Made by a program: the position numbers and the translations under genes
Assembly: GCA_035939175.1 (NCBI GenBank)
Contig: DASZGC010000015.1
Span: forward strand, 11,261 to 75,260
DNA length: 64,000 nt
Reading direction: 5' to 3'
Source of the DNA: Candidatus Cybelea sp.
GTDB taxonomy: Bacteria > Vulcanimicrobiota > Vulcanimicrobiia > Vulcanimicrobiales > Vulcanimicrobiaceae
Shown here: in pieces, positions 1 through 9,375 of the stretch
Position numbering within the stretch: position 1 is the stretch's first letter
Layout of the letters: every line of letters begins with the position of its first letter
Notes under the pieces: model-generated
What the model saw: only the letters and a program-made list of their open reading frames with translations
Databases searched by the model: none
What the model was told of the DNA's origin: nothing

Positions 1-310
1 CGGCCTCTCTGGCATAGTCCTGGGTCTTGACGCTCAAGTAGCCGACGAGAACGAACGACGCCGCCAGGAGCGCCCGGTCGCCGACTGCGATCGCACTCCA
101 ATGGTAGCCCGCGACGACGCCGTTGTAGTATCCGGCCGCAGCGTTGGCGATCTCCGCTGCCACCACCAAGCTCGTCGTGAGCCTGCTCTGCAGCGCAAGG
201 CTGCTGAGCGCGATCGGCCCGTTGAAGAGGATCGCGACGATCAGAAGCTGCGGCGTTAGGAGGTCGACGATCCACGCGGCAACGAGCAACCCGTAGCAGA
301 GTAGGGCCAC
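1..310 (-). CDS. N-terminal fragment of a polytopic membrane (sensor-like) protein; continues beyond the window edge
   Basis: Minus-strand frame is open from position 1 up to GTG at 310. It is absent from the ORF track because it is incomplete. Translation VALLCYGLLVAAWIVDLLTPQLLIVAILFNGPIALSSLALQ...AIAVGDRALLAASFVLVGYL shows several TM helices. Start codon is uncertain and no function can be assigned. Confidence 0.4.
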   Translation of the reverse strand, partial: MALLCYGLLVAAWIVDLLTPQLLIVAILFNGPIALSSLALQSRLTTSLVVAAEIANAAAGYYNGVVAGYHWSAIAVGDRALLAASFVLVGYLSVKTQDYAREA

Positions 311-373
311 AAACGCGCGCTTTCGGGCCGAGTGGCGGGGCAGCCTTGAGCGAGCGCGAAGGGGCCGGGCGTA

Positions 374-2512
374 ATGGATCGCACCGCCAAAGCCGAGGAG
401 CTGCTGCGCGAGCTGGGTGGCCGCGCGCGGCTCGTCGTCTACGTCGCCGGCGCACCGGGCGCGGGTAAGACGCGCCGTCTTCTCGAGGACGCGCGCCGCC
501 TCGCCGCCGATGGAAAACGGATCGTCATCGGCTGGATCGAGACGAAGGGTCGCCCCGATCTCGAACGTATCGCCGCGGGCCTTCCTCGCGTACCGCCGCG
601 CCGTGTAACGATCGGCGATCGCGTCTTCGAGGACTTCGACTACGAAGCGGCGGTGCGCGAGCGACCCGACGTCGTCGTGCTCGACGAGCTGGCGCACGAC
701 AATCTCGGCGAAGCCCCACACGCCAAACGCTGGCAAGACGCGCAGGCGCTCAAAGAGCACGGCATCGGTGTAATCGCGGCGTTCAACATCGCTCATTTGG
801 AGACCGTCGCACCCACCGCCGAGGCTCTGCTCGGGCATCCCGTGCGCGAGATCGTTCCGTTCTCGTTCCTGCAATCGGCCGACGAAGTGGTCGCGCTCGA
901 CGTCTCGCCACGGCTGCTGCAGAGCCGCGTACGCGCGGGAAAGATCGTCAACGAGCACGACGTCGAACGCGCACTTGCAGGAGCTTTCAAAGAGTCGACG
1001 CTTCATATGCTGCGCGAGCTCCTTCTGCGCACGGTCGACAGCCTGACGATGCCGGCGATAAAAGCCGGCCGCACCTCTATGGCGGCGGCGTTCGTCTACC
1101 CCGACATCGATGCTGCGCCGTTTCTCAAGCGAACCTCCGCGATCGCGGGCGCGCTCGATCTTGGTTTGGAGGTCGTGCCGGTTCCCGGCGTCGACCGCCA
1201 TGCGCTCGAGCCTATCGCGCGCGAGTTCCGAGGCGAGGTGCTGCACGAACCCGTCGATCCGGCCAGCTCCTCCGACTCGCTGCGTGCGGCATTGGTGGCG
1301 CTCCCCAAGGGCCGCGCCGCGACGAAGCTGGCCGGCAAACCGCTCCCCTACGATCTCTTCATCGTAGGCGTCGGACAGACGTACGTCGGCGAGAACCTCG
1401 CGCGCTCACCGTACTCGCAAACGGCCGGCGATCGCCTGCGCGTGGGCTACGGAAAGCTTACGGTCTATCTCGGCGCAGCGGCCGGCGCGGGAAAGACCTA
1501 CGCGATGCTCGATCGCGCGCATCAGCTTGCGGCCGAAGGCGTCGACGTGGTCGGCGGCTTCGTGGAGACGCACGGGCGCAGGGAGACGGCCGCGTTGCTC
1601 GACGGACTCGAGATCGTGGCGCCAAAGATCGTCAGCGAGAACGGGATCACGTATCGCGAGCTCGATCGCGCCGCCGTCATCGCGAGGAAGCCTGCAGTGG
1701 CGCTCATCGACGAGTTGGCGCACACCAATGCCCCGGGTTCGGTTGCACCCAAGCGCTTTCACGACGTGCTCGCGGTTCTGCGCGCCGGCATCGACGTGAT
1801 CACCACTCTGAACATCCAGCACCTCGAAGGGTTGGGCGATACGATCACGCGGCTCACGGGCACGGTCGTGCGCGAAACCCTTCCCGACGGCATCCTCACG
1901 CTCGCCGACGAGGTGATTCTGATCGACGTCACGCCCGAAACGCTGCGGCAGCGTCTACGCGAGGGAAAGATCTATCCGCCCGAGCGTTGCGAGACGGCCC
2001 TCGCGAACTTCTTCCGCACGGAGAACCTCTTCGCGCTGCGCGAGCTGGCTCTGAGGGAGGCGCTGCGCGCGCGGCACCGCGAGCGTATCGCCTCGCCATT
2101 CGACCGTATCCTGCTGGCGATCGGCTCTCGCGCCGTCGACCTGCCGATGATCGCTCGCGCCGGCAAGATCGCGGCGCGCTTGGCCATCGAGTTCGCGATC
2201 GCACACGTCGTCTCACCCAAGGAGCGCGTCGATTCCGCCGTCGTCGAAACGCTGCGCGCTGAGGCCCGAAAGACCAACGTCGAGTGGATCGAAGAAGTCG
2301 CCGACGACGTTCCGAAGCGCATCATCGAGATCGCGCGCTCGCGCCCGCAAACCACCGTCGCCCTCGCCGGCACGCAGCGCCAGCCGCGCCTCCTCGCCCG
2401 CCCTTCGTTCGCGCGCCGCCTACTCGACGCCGGGGCCTTCGAACTGCTCGTGTTGATGCCGCCGGCCAACGCAGCGTACGCATCGCCCGAAGAAGAGATT
2501 ACGTCACCCTGA
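374..2512 (+). CDS. Kinase-less KdpD-like protein with two tandem KdpD N-terminal sensor + USP-like modules
   Basis: 712-aa ORF with ATG at 374. Residues ~17-215 and ~358-575 both carry KdpD-N hallmarks: GAPGAGKT (nt 449-472) and GAAAGAGKT (nt 1472-1498), VLDELAHDN / LIDELAHTNAPGS, KRW/KRF, NIAHLE / NIQHLE. Each is followed by a USP-like stretch. There is no TM block and no HisKA/HATPase region. Confidence 0.8.
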   Translation: MDRTAKAEELLRELGGRARLVVYVAGAPGAGKTRRLLEDARRLAADGKRIVIGWIETKGRPDLERIAAGLPRVPPRRVTIGDRVFEDFDYEAAVRERPDVVVLDELAHDNLGEAPHAKRWQDAQALKEHGIGVIAAFNIAHLETVAPTAEALLGHPVREIVPFSFLQSADEVVALDVSPRLLQSRVRAGKIVNEHDVERALAGAFKESTLHMLRELLLRTVDSLTMPAIKAGRTSMAAAFVYPDIDAAPFLKRTSAIAGALDLGLEVVPVPGVDRHALEPIAREFRGEVLHEPVDPASSSDSLRAALVALPKGRAATKLAGKPLPYDLFIVGVGQTYVGENLARSPYSQTAGDRLRVGYGKLTVYLGAAAGAGKTYAMLDRAHQLAAEGVDVVGGFVETHGRRETAALLDGLEIVAPKIVSENGITYRELDRAAVIARKPAVALIDELAHTNAPGSVAPKRFHDVLAVLRAGIDVITTLNIQHLEGLGDTITRLTGTVVRETLPDGILTLADEVILIDVTPETLRQRLREGKIYPPERCETALANFFRTENLFALRELALREALRARHRERIASPFDRILLAIGSRAVDLPMIARAGKIAARLAIEFAIAHVVSPKERVDSAVVETLRAEARKTNVEWIEEVADDVPKRIIEIARSRPQTTVALAGTQRQPRLLARPSFARRLLDAGAFELLVLMPPANAAYASPEEEITSP

Positions 2513-2532
2513 GCGGGGTGGAAGCGCCGCGC

Positions 2533-3105
2533 TCACCTCGCTTTGGACTCCAGTGCTAGGTTCAGCTCCAGCACGTTAACCCTGGGCTCTCCCAAGAAGC
2601 CGAACGTTCGGCCCCGCACGTGCGCTGCGATTAGCGCGTCGATGGTTGCCACGCTCTCGCGGCGCGCTTTGGCGACGCGCGGGGCTTGCCAGTATGCGGC
2701 CTCCGGGCTGATGTCGGGATCGATGCCGCTTGCGCTAGAAGTAACGAGATCGATGGGCGGCGGCCCGCTCGCGTCGGGGTTTGCCTTTTCGAGCGCGGCG
2801 ATCGTCGCTTTCGTTGACGCGATCAGCTTCTTCGAGGTCGGGCCGTAGTTCGTGCCGCCGGTCGACGTCGGGTCGTAACCTTTGCCAGCCGCCGAGGGGC
2901 GTCCCCAAAAGTACTGCGGCTTGCTCCAGAGCTGACCGATGATCCGCGAACCGACAATTCGGCCGTCCGCCTCGACGAGCGAACCGTTGGCTTGGCGCGG
3001 AAAGAGCGCTTGCGCGAGCGCGGTCATCGCGAGCGGATAGAGGAGGCCTAACAGCACGATCGAGACGATCGTCATCCGCAGCGCGGTTCCCAGATAGCGT
3101 AGCAT
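2533..3105 (-). CDS. kdpC: K+-transporting ATPase subunit KdpC
   Basis: 190 aa with an N-terminal TM helix. Typical KdpC blocks are present: FWGRPSA, YDPTSTGGTNYGPTSKKL, TSSASGIDPDISPEAA. Confidence 0.9.
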   Translation of the reverse strand: MLRYLGTALRMTIVSIVLLGLLYPLAMTALAQALFPRQANGSLVEADGRIVGSRIIGQLWSKPQYFWGRPSAAGKGYDPTSTGGTNYGPTSKKLIASTKATIAALEKANPDASGPPPIDLVTSSASGIDPDISPEAAYWQAPRVAKARRESVATIDALIAAHVRGRTFGFLGEPRVNVLELNLALESKAR

Positions 3106-3118
3106 CGTTCGTTTCCTC

Positions 3119-5176
3119 CTACGTCAAGTGCAGCGCAGCGAGGATGATGTCGATGAGCTTGATGCCGATGAACGGCACGATAATGCCCCCAAGTCCGTAG
3201 AGCATCACATTCTCCAATAATACGCGGTTGGCGCCCTTGGGCTGATATCGCACGCCTCGAAGCGCAAGTGGAATCAACGCGACGATGATCAGCGCGTTGA
3301 AGATCACCGCCGAGAGGATCGCGCTCTGCGGCGTGCTCAGCCGCATGACGTTGAGCAAGCCCATCGCGGGATAGGCCACCGCGAACATCGCCGGCAGGAT
3401 CGCGAAGTACTTCGCTACGTCGTTGGCGATCGAGAACGTCGTGAGCGCTCCGCGGGTCATCAGCAGCTGCTTGCCGATCTCGACGATCTCGATGAGCTTG
3501 GTCGGGTCTGAATCGAGGTCGACCATGTTGGCCGCCTCTTTTGCGGCTTGCGTGCCCGAGTTCATCGCCACGCCGACGTCGGACTGCGCCAGCGCGGGCG
3601 CGTCGTTGGTACCGTCGCCCGTCATCGCGACGAGCCGTCCCGACGACTGCTCGCGCTTGATCAGCTCCATCTTCGTCTCTGGCGTCGCCTCTGCGAGGAA
3701 GTCGTCGACGCCGGCCTCCTTGGCGATCGTCGCGGCGGTCAGCGGATTGTCGCCGGTGATCATGACGGTGCGGATTCCCATCGCACGCAGGCGGTCGAAA
3801 CGCTCCGCCATGCGAGGCTTGAGGATGTCTTTGAGATAAATCACGCCGATGATCGCCGTATCTCGCGCCAGCAACAGCGGCGTGCCCCCGCTGCGCGCGA
3901 TTCGCTCGACCTGCGGCGCCAACGCCGTCGAGCCGTCGCCGCCCGACGATGCGATCCAGGCCAGCACTGAGTCCGGCGCGCCTTTGCGAATCTTTGTTCC
4001 CCCTGCAAGGTCGACGCCGCTCATCCGTGTGTAGGCGCTGAAGGGAACGAACGTCGAGCCGGGAGGCGCTTCGCCATCGCGCGCGCCCGCGTGTTGCGCG
4101 AGCGCCACGATCGAGCGCCCCTCCGGCGTCTCGTCCGCGAGCGACGAAAGGTAGGCAACGTGAGCGGCCTCGCCGGCCTCGACTCCCGGCGCAGCGAGGA
4201 TCTCGACGGCCTGGCGGTTTCCCAGCGTGATCGTTCCCGTTTTGTCGAGCAGCAGCGTATCGACGTCGCCTGCCGCCTCCACCGCTCGCCCGCTCATCGC
4301 CAGCACGTTGCGCTGCATCACGCGGTCCATGCCGGCTATACCGATTGCCGAGAGCAGGCCGCCGATCGTCGTCGGAATCAAGCAGACCAGCAGCGCGATG
4401 AGCACGGTAACGCTCTGATGCACGCCCGCATAGACCGAGAACGGCCCCAGCGTGGCAACCGCGATGAGAAAGATTATCGTGAGGCCCGCGAGCAAGATCG
4501 AGAGCGCGATCTCGTTTGGCGTCTTCTGGCGCTGCGCGCCTTCGACCAGCCGAATCATGCGATCGAGAAAACTCTCGCCGGGATTCGCCGTCACACGCGC
4601 AACGATCCGGTCGGAGAGGACGCGCGTCCCGCCGGTCACCGCGCTCCGGTCGCCGCCTGATTCGCGGATGACCGGCGCCGATTCGCCCGTAATCGCCGAT
4701 TCGTCGATCGTGGCCGCGCCTTCGAGCACGTCGCCGTCGGCAGGCACGATCTCCCCCGCCTCAACCACGTAGCGGTCGCCCTTGCGCAGAGCCGTGCTCG
4801 CGATCGACTCCTCGGTTCCGTCGTCGTGCAGCCTGCGCGCGAAGGTGTCGGACTTGGTGCGCCGCAGCGCCTCTGCCTGCGCCTTTCCGCGACCCTCTGC
4901 GACCGCTTCGGCGAAGTTGGCGAAGATCACGGTAAACCACAGCCACGCTGCGATCGCGAAGTCGAAGCCGGCCATGCCGTTGCGTTCGAGCAAATCGCGC
5001 GCGAAGAAAAACGTAGTGGCCAGTGACCCCACCTCGACGACGAACATCACCGGGTTGCGCGCCTGCCACCGCGGGTCGAGCTTGCGCAGCGAGTCGCTTA
5101 CCGCGCGCGCGAGGATCGCGCGGTCGAAGAGGGAGAGCGCCCTCGGGCGACGGTCGAGCCGGCGTTGCGCGAGCAT
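3119..5176 (-). CDS. kdpB: K+-transporting P-type ATPase subunit KdpB
   Basis: Real start is ATG at 5176 ([18 protein letters not shown]...). It overlaps the kdpA stop by 1 nt (TAATG). P-type motifs present: [23 protein letters not shown]. The upstream 397 codons of ORF 3119..6367 are out of frame with kdpA and R/G-rich, so spurious. Confidence 0.95.
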   Translation of the reverse strand: MLAQRRLDRRPRALSLFDRAILARAVSDSLRKLDPRWQARNPVMFVVEVGSLATTFFFARDLLERNGMAGFDFAIAAWLWFTVIFANFAEAVAEGRGKAQAEALRRTKSDTFARRLHDDGTEESIASTALRKGDRYVVEAGEIVPADGDVLEGAATIDESAITGESAPVIRESGGDRSAVTGGTRVLSDRIVARVTANPGESFLDRMIRLVEGAQRQKTPNEIALSILLAGLTIIFLIAVATLGPFSVYAGVHQSVTVLIALLVCLIPTTIGGLLSAIGIAGMDRVMQRNVLAMSGRAVEAAGDVDTLLLDKTGTITLGNRQAVEILAAPGVEAGEAAHVAYLSSLADETPEGRSIVALAQHAGARDGEAPPGSTFVPFSAYTRMSGVDLAGGTKIRKGAPDSVLAWIASSGGDGSTALAPQVERIARSGGTPLLLARDTAIIGVIYLKDILKPRMAERFDRLRAMGIRTVMITGDNPLTAATIAKEAGVDDFLAEATPETKMELIKREQSSGRLVAMTGDGTNDAPALAQSDVGVAMNSGTQAAKEAANMVDLDSDPTKLIEIVEIGKQLLMTRGALTTFSIANDVAKYFAILPAMFAVAYPAMGLLNVMRLSTPQSAILSAVIFNALIIVALIPLALRGVRYQPKGANRVLLENVMLYGLGGIIVPFIGIKLIDIILAALHLT

Positions 5177-6876
5177 TAGAACGTCTTTCCTTGCTGTACG
5201 AGAAGGTGCTCCACCACCGGGCCGAGCGAATCGGCCGGCAAGAACGTGAGCGCGCCCACGATCACGATCACGCCGAGCAGCAGCGCGACGAAGATGGGCG
5301 AGTGCGTCGTGAAAGTGCCGGGCCCTTCGGGGACTGCCTTCTTGCCCGCCAGCGCGCCGGCGAGCGCGAGCGCGGGCACCGCGACGGCGAAACGCCCGAA
5401 CACCATGTTTACGCCCGTGAGCAGATTGTAGAACAGGTTCGGCCCCAAGCCGGCAAAGGCCGAGCCGTTGTTGGCGTTCGTCGACGTGAACGCGTAGAGA
5501 ATCTCCGAGAAGCCGTGCGGGCCACCGTTGTTGAGCGTCGCCAGACCCGCAGGGAGCACCGCCGCGATCGCGGTGGGCACCAGCGAGAGCATCGGCGTTA
5601 CCAACGCAGCCAAAATCGCGAACTGTACCTCGCGGCGCTCGATTTTCTTCCCGAGAAACTCCGGCGTGCGACCTACCATCAGGCCGGCTATGAAGACCGT
5701 GAGCACCACGAAGACGATCATGCCGTAGAGCCCGCTGCCGACGCCGCCAAATACGATCTCGCCGAGCTGCATGTTCACGAGCGGCACGAGCCCGCCGAGC
5801 GGCATGAACGAATCGTGCATCGCGTTCACCGCACCGCAGGACGTATCGGTCGTGACGGTCGCGAAGAGCGCCGAGGCGGAAATGCCGAAGCGGCACTCCT
5901 TGCCCTCCATGTTGCCGCCCACGACCCCCATTTGGTGCACGATCGGATTGCCCGCGGACTCCGCTCCGTACGCTACGACGAACCCCGCGAAGAACAGGAT
6001 CGCCATCGCGCTGAAGATCGCCCAGCCTTGGCGCGTATCCTTCACCATCTTGCCGTACGTATACGTAAGAGCCGCGCCGAGAACGAAGATCAAGAGCATC
6101 TCGATTAGGTTGGTCAGCGGCGTCGGATTCTCGTTGGGCGACGCCGAGTTGGCATTTACGAAGCCGCCGCCGTTGGTGCCCAGCTCCTTGATCACCTCTT
6201 GCGAGGCCATCGGGCCGCCGGTGACCGACTGCGTGAAACCTTCGACCGACTTCACGCTCTGGTAGGCGTGAAGGTTCTGGGGCATCCCCTGCGACACGAA
6301 AAAGAGCCCGACGACGATCGAGAGCGGCAGTAGCACGTAGAGCGAGCAGCGCGTGAGGTCGACCCAAAAGTTGCCCAGCATCTTCGTCGAGGTGCGCGCC
6401 AAGCCGCGAATCACGGCGATCGCGATCGCGATGCCGGCTGCTGCCGAGACGAAGTTATGCCACGCCAGACCCGCCATCTGCGAAAGGTAGCTCATCGCGC
6501 TCTCACCGGAGTAGAACTGCCAATTCGTGTTGGTCGTGAAGCTGACCGCGGTGTTCCAGGCCAGATCCGGCGACATGTTGTCGAAGTGCTGGGGATTGAG
6601 CGGAAGCCACTTCTGCGTACGCAGCAGCACGTAGAGATATGCGAGCCCGATCAGCGAGAACGCCAGCATCGAGAGTGCGTAGGCATACCACGTCATCTCC
6701 TCGTCGGGGCGCACCCCGCCGATGCGGTAGATCGCACGCTCGACCGGCGCGAACACCGGGCTCAGCCACGTCCGCTCGCCCTCGAAAACGCGGGACATAT
6801 ACGAGCCGACCGGCTTGGTCAGCGCGAGAACGATCGAGAAGAACGCGCCCGCCTGGAGCCAACCGATCGCCGTCAT
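5176..6876 (-). CDS. kdpA: K+-transporting ATPase subunit KdpA
   Basis: Start taken at ATG 6876 ([13 protein letters not shown]...), 566 aa. Polytopic membrane protein with KdpA blocks: [24 protein letters not shown]. Confidence 0.95.
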   Translation of the reverse strand: MTAIGWLQAGAFFSIVLALTKPVGSYMSRVFEGERTWLSPVFAPVERAIYRIGGVRPDEEMTWYAYALSMLAFSLIGLAYLYVLLRTQKWLPLNPQHFDNMSPDLAWNTAVSFTTNTNWQFYSGESAMSYLSQMAGLAWHNFVSAAAGIAIAIAVIRGLARTSTKMLGNFWVDLTRCSLYVLLPLSIVVGLFFVSQGMPQNLHAYQSVKSVEGFTQSVTGGPMASQEVIKELGTNGGGFVNANSASPNENPTPLTNLIEMLLIFVLGAALTYTYGKMVKDTRQGWAIFSAMAILFFAGFVVAYGAESAGNPIVHQMGVVGGNMEGKECRFGISASALFATVTTDTSCGAVNAMHDSFMPLGGLVPLVNMQLGEIVFGGVGSGLYGMIVFVVLTVFIAGLMVGRTPEFLGKKIERREVQFAILAALVTPMLSLVPTAIAAVLPAGLATLNNGGPHGFSEILYAFTSTNANNGSAFAGLGPNLFYNLLTGVNMVFGRFAVAVPALALAGALAGKKAVPEGPGTFTTHSPIFVALLLGVIVIVGALTFLPADSLGPVVEHLLVQQGKTF

Positions 6877-6886
6877 TCGCGCACTC

Positions 6887-6976
6887 CTAAAAGCGCTCCG
6901 GCCGCAGCATCGCAAAAATGAGGTACGCCAGTGCCGCGAGCGTAAGCGCGAGACCCAGCGCGTCGTCCAAGACCAT
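6887..6976 (-). CDS. kdpF: KdpF, 29-aa stabilising peptide of the Kdp complex
   Basis: Not in the ORF track; hand-translated codon by codon as MVLDDALGLALTLAALAYLIFAMLRPERF*. It has the classic single TM helix and C-terminal LRPERF signature. It ends 10 nt upstream of the kdpA start. Confidence 0.8.
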   Translation of the reverse strand: MVLDDALGLALTLAALAYLIFAMLRPERF

Positions 6977-6983
6977 CGCGCTC

Positions 6984-7106
6984 TTAAACCCTCTCGCAGC
7001 CAATCACGTAAAGGTCGAGCAGCACGAAGCAGACGACGGAGAGCACCACGATGCCGATCTCGAGAAGCACGGCCTCAGAATAGCCGAGCGAGAAGGCCCG
7101 CGCCAT
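6984..7106 (-). CDS. Second KdpF-like hydrophobic peptide (start uncertain: ATG 7106 gives 40 aa, GTG 7070 gives 28 aa)
   Basis: The C-terminal part of ORF 6984..7169 reads ...(V)LLEIGIVVLSVVCFVLLDLYVIGCERV*. That is one TM helix ending in an ERV tail, similar in size and shape to KdpF. Its stop lies 7 nt before the kdpF ATG. Confidence 0.4.
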   Translation of the reverse strand: MARAFSLGYSEAVLLEIGIVVLSVVCFVLLDLYVIGCERV

Positions 7107-7160
7107 CCGCCATTCGGATGATCCGAACGGACGAGCCGAACGGATCGTCCTTCCGACGGT

Positions 7161-7189
7161 TTGCTTCAATCGTCCGCAACTCTTATAAT
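7161..7189 (+). promoter_or_regulatory. Sigma70-like promoter (TTGCTT-17 nt-TATAAT)
   Basis: TTGCTT at 7161-7166, a 17-nt spacer, and a perfect TATAAT at 7184-7189. The GTG start at 7198 lies only 8 nt after the -10 element. Confidence 0.5.
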
Positions 7190-7197
7190 CAACCCTT

Positions 7198-8055
7198 GTG
7201 ATTTACGCGCGGCTCGTTCTGCCTTCAGTTGCGATGATCGTTCTCGCGGTCACCCGCGCCGCCGTCGCCCAGCCCGCGACACCGGCACCCTCACCCTCGC
7301 CAACCCCCACCGCGCCGAGCGACCCGTGCGGTTCGATTCTATCGATCGTCAACCGTCCGACGGTGACGACCGGTGTCTGCACGGTGCAACCGGGCCATTT
7401 CGACGTCGAAACCGGCTACACGAACACGACCACGACGGGTCCAGGTGGCGGCAGCGGCGCGAACTATCCGCAGGCGCTGATTCGCATCGGCACCGCCGAT
7501 CCGCACTTCGACCTCGAGTTCGGGCCGCCCAGCGCCGAAACGACGACCGCGGGAACGCCGCTGGTCGCCGGTGCGAGCGACGTCAACGTCGGCGCCAAGT
7601 ACGAACTAGGATACAGTTCCAACGCGGTCTGGGGCATCAACGGCGTCGCCACGTTCCCGACCGGCAGCCGCGCTTTCTCGGCCGGTAACGTGCAGTTCAC
7701 CGGCAATCTCAACGGGTCGTACACGCTTAGCCCGGAGTTCAGCCTTGCGAGCACGCTGAGTTTCAACGCCCTCAGCGGCCTCAACTCGGGAGGCGTGCCG
7801 CAGTCATACTTTGCCTTCATTCCAAGTGTCGAGCTCAGCGCGGCTCTGCCCGGCGGCCCTTCGCAGCTGATCGCCGAGTACGCCTATTTTTCGGCCGCGG
7901 GGCCGAACCTCGGCTCGAAGAGTCTCGTCGATTTCGTGTATCAGCGCGACTTCGGCGCACACGTCCAGTTCGACGTGGAATACGGTTTCTCGCCGACCGT
8001 GCTCAACGGCCAGACGCAGCATTACGTCGGCGCGGGCCTCTCCTTCATGAATTAG
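7198..8055 (+). CDS. Secreted outer-membrane beta-barrel-like protein (possibly MetA-pathway/transporter-type small barrel)
   Basis: 285 aa with a signal peptide ending AVA|QP and a P/S/T-rich linker. Alternating-hydrophobic, G/Y/N/T-rich strands run through to the terminal ...HYVGAGLSFMN. The family assignment comes from general pattern only. Confidence 0.55.
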   Translation: MIYARLVLPSVAMIVLAVTRAAVAQPATPAPSPSPTPTAPSDPCGSILSIVNRPTVTTGVCTVQPGHFDVETGYTNTTTTGPGGGSGANYPQALIRIGTADPHFDLEFGPPSAETTTAGTPLVAGASDVNVGAKYELGYSSNAVWGINGVATFPTGSRAFSAGNVQFTGNLNGSYTLSPEFSLASTLSFNALSGLNSGGVPQSYFAFIPSVELSAALPGGPSQLIAEYAYFSAAGPNLGSKSLVDFVYQRDFGAHVQFDVEYGFSPTVLNGQTQHYVGAGLSFMN

Positions 8056-8130
8056 CGGGAAAACCGCTTTCTCTGCCTAACCGCGGCCGGAACGCCTTTC
8101 TTCCCCGGACTTTTCATACGGAGGGATACG

Positions 8131-9375
8131 ATGGGTACCGCTGCGGCCTCGGTCAATATCGGAAACACCGGTTTTATGCTGCTCTGCGCGAGCCTCGTCA
8201 TGCTGATGACGCCTGGGCTCGCGTTCTTTTATGGGGGCCTGGTTCAGCGCAAGAACGTGCTGACCATCATGATGCAAAGCTTCATGTCGCTGGGGTGGAC
8301 CACGGTGATATGGTTCGCGTTCGGCTACTCCGAGAGCTTCGGCCCCGACTGGCACGGCATCATCGGCAATCCCGCCACCTACGCGATGCTGCGGGGCGTT
8401 ACGCTTCACACGATGTTCACCGGCAACGACGCGGGGATACCGCTCGTCGTCCACGTGGCCTATCAGATGATGTTCGCGATCATCACGCCGGCCCTGATCA
8501 CCGGTGCGTTCGCCAATCGCGTCACCTTCAAGGCATACTTTCTGTTCCTCACCTTCTGGCTAATCTTCGTGTACTTCCCGTTCGTGCACATGCTCTGGAG
8601 CCCGGACGGCATTCTGGCGAAGTGGGGCTGCCTCGACTTCGCCGGCGGCATCGTGGTGCACGCGTCGGCCGGCTTCGCGGCCCTGGCATCCGTGCTCTAC
8701 GTCGGGCGCCGTCACCTGATCGAGAACAAACCGCATAACGTGCCGCTGATCGCGCTCGGCACGGGCCTGCTGTGGTTCGGCTGGTACGGGTTCAACGCCG
8801 GCTCGGAACTGCGCGTCGACGCCGTCACCGCCTCGGCGTTTCTCAACACCGACATCGCCGCGTCGTTCGCCGCCATCGCGTGGCTGCTCGTCGAATGGGC
8901 GCGCGGACGCCAGCCGAAGTTCATCGGCTTGCTGACCGGTGCCGTCGCCGGACTCGCCACGATCACGCCGGCGGCGGGCTACGTGTCGCCCACCACTGCC
9001 GTGATCATCGGCATCGCTGCCGGCGTCGTTTGCTACTTTGCCGTCGCGCTCAAAAACCAACTTGGCTGGGACGACGCGCTCGACGTCTGGGGCGTGCACG
9101 GGGTCGGCGGATTTTTAGGAATCTGCCTGCTCGGCGTCTTTGCCTCCACGCTTTGGAACCCCAACGGCGCCGACGGTCTACTGCGCGGGAACCCCGCGTT
9201 CTTGGGTAAGCAGTTCGTCGCGGCAACGGTCTGCAGCGCCTGGGCGTTTTGCTTCACCTATGCGATGCTCTTCCTCATCAATCTCGTGACGCGCGTGAAG
9301 GTCGACGAAGCCGCGGAGCAACGAGGACTCGACGTCGAGCTGCACGGAGAGGAAGCCTATCCGCTCGGCGTGTGA
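8131..9375 (+). CDS. amtB: Ammonium transporter (Amt family)
   Basis: 414 aa with GGAGGG as RBS upstream. Amt blocks present: MTPGLAFFYGGLV, DFAGGIVVHASAGFAAL, GWYGFNAGS, VHGVGGFLG. Confidence 0.95.
   Translation: MGTAAASVNIGNTGFMLLCASLVMLMTPGLAFFYGGLVQRKNVLTIMMQSFMSLGWTTVIWFAFGYSESFGPDWHGIIGNPATYAMLRGVTLHTMFTGNDAGIPLVVHVAYQMMFAIITPALITGAFANRVTFKAYFLFLTFWLIFVYFPFVHMLWSPDGILAKWGCLDFAGGIVVHASAGFAALASVLYVGRRHLIENKPHNVPLIALGTGLLWFGWYGFNAGSELRVDAVTASAFLNTDIAASFAAIAWLLVEWARGRQPKFIGLLTGAVAGLATITPAAGYVSPTTAVIIGIAAGVVCYFAVALKNQLGWDDALDVWGVHGVGGFLGICLLGVFASTLWNPNGADGLLRGNPAFLGKQFVAATVCSAWAFCFTYAMLFLINLVTRVKVDEAAEQRGLDVELHGEEAYPLGV

Noticed and set aside
5177-6367. N-terminal 397-codon extension of the kdpB ORF (3119..6367)
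   Set aside because: It overlaps kdpA in another frame. The composition is R/G/D-rich without hydrophobic segments. The KdpB homology starts at MLAQRR (ATG 5176).
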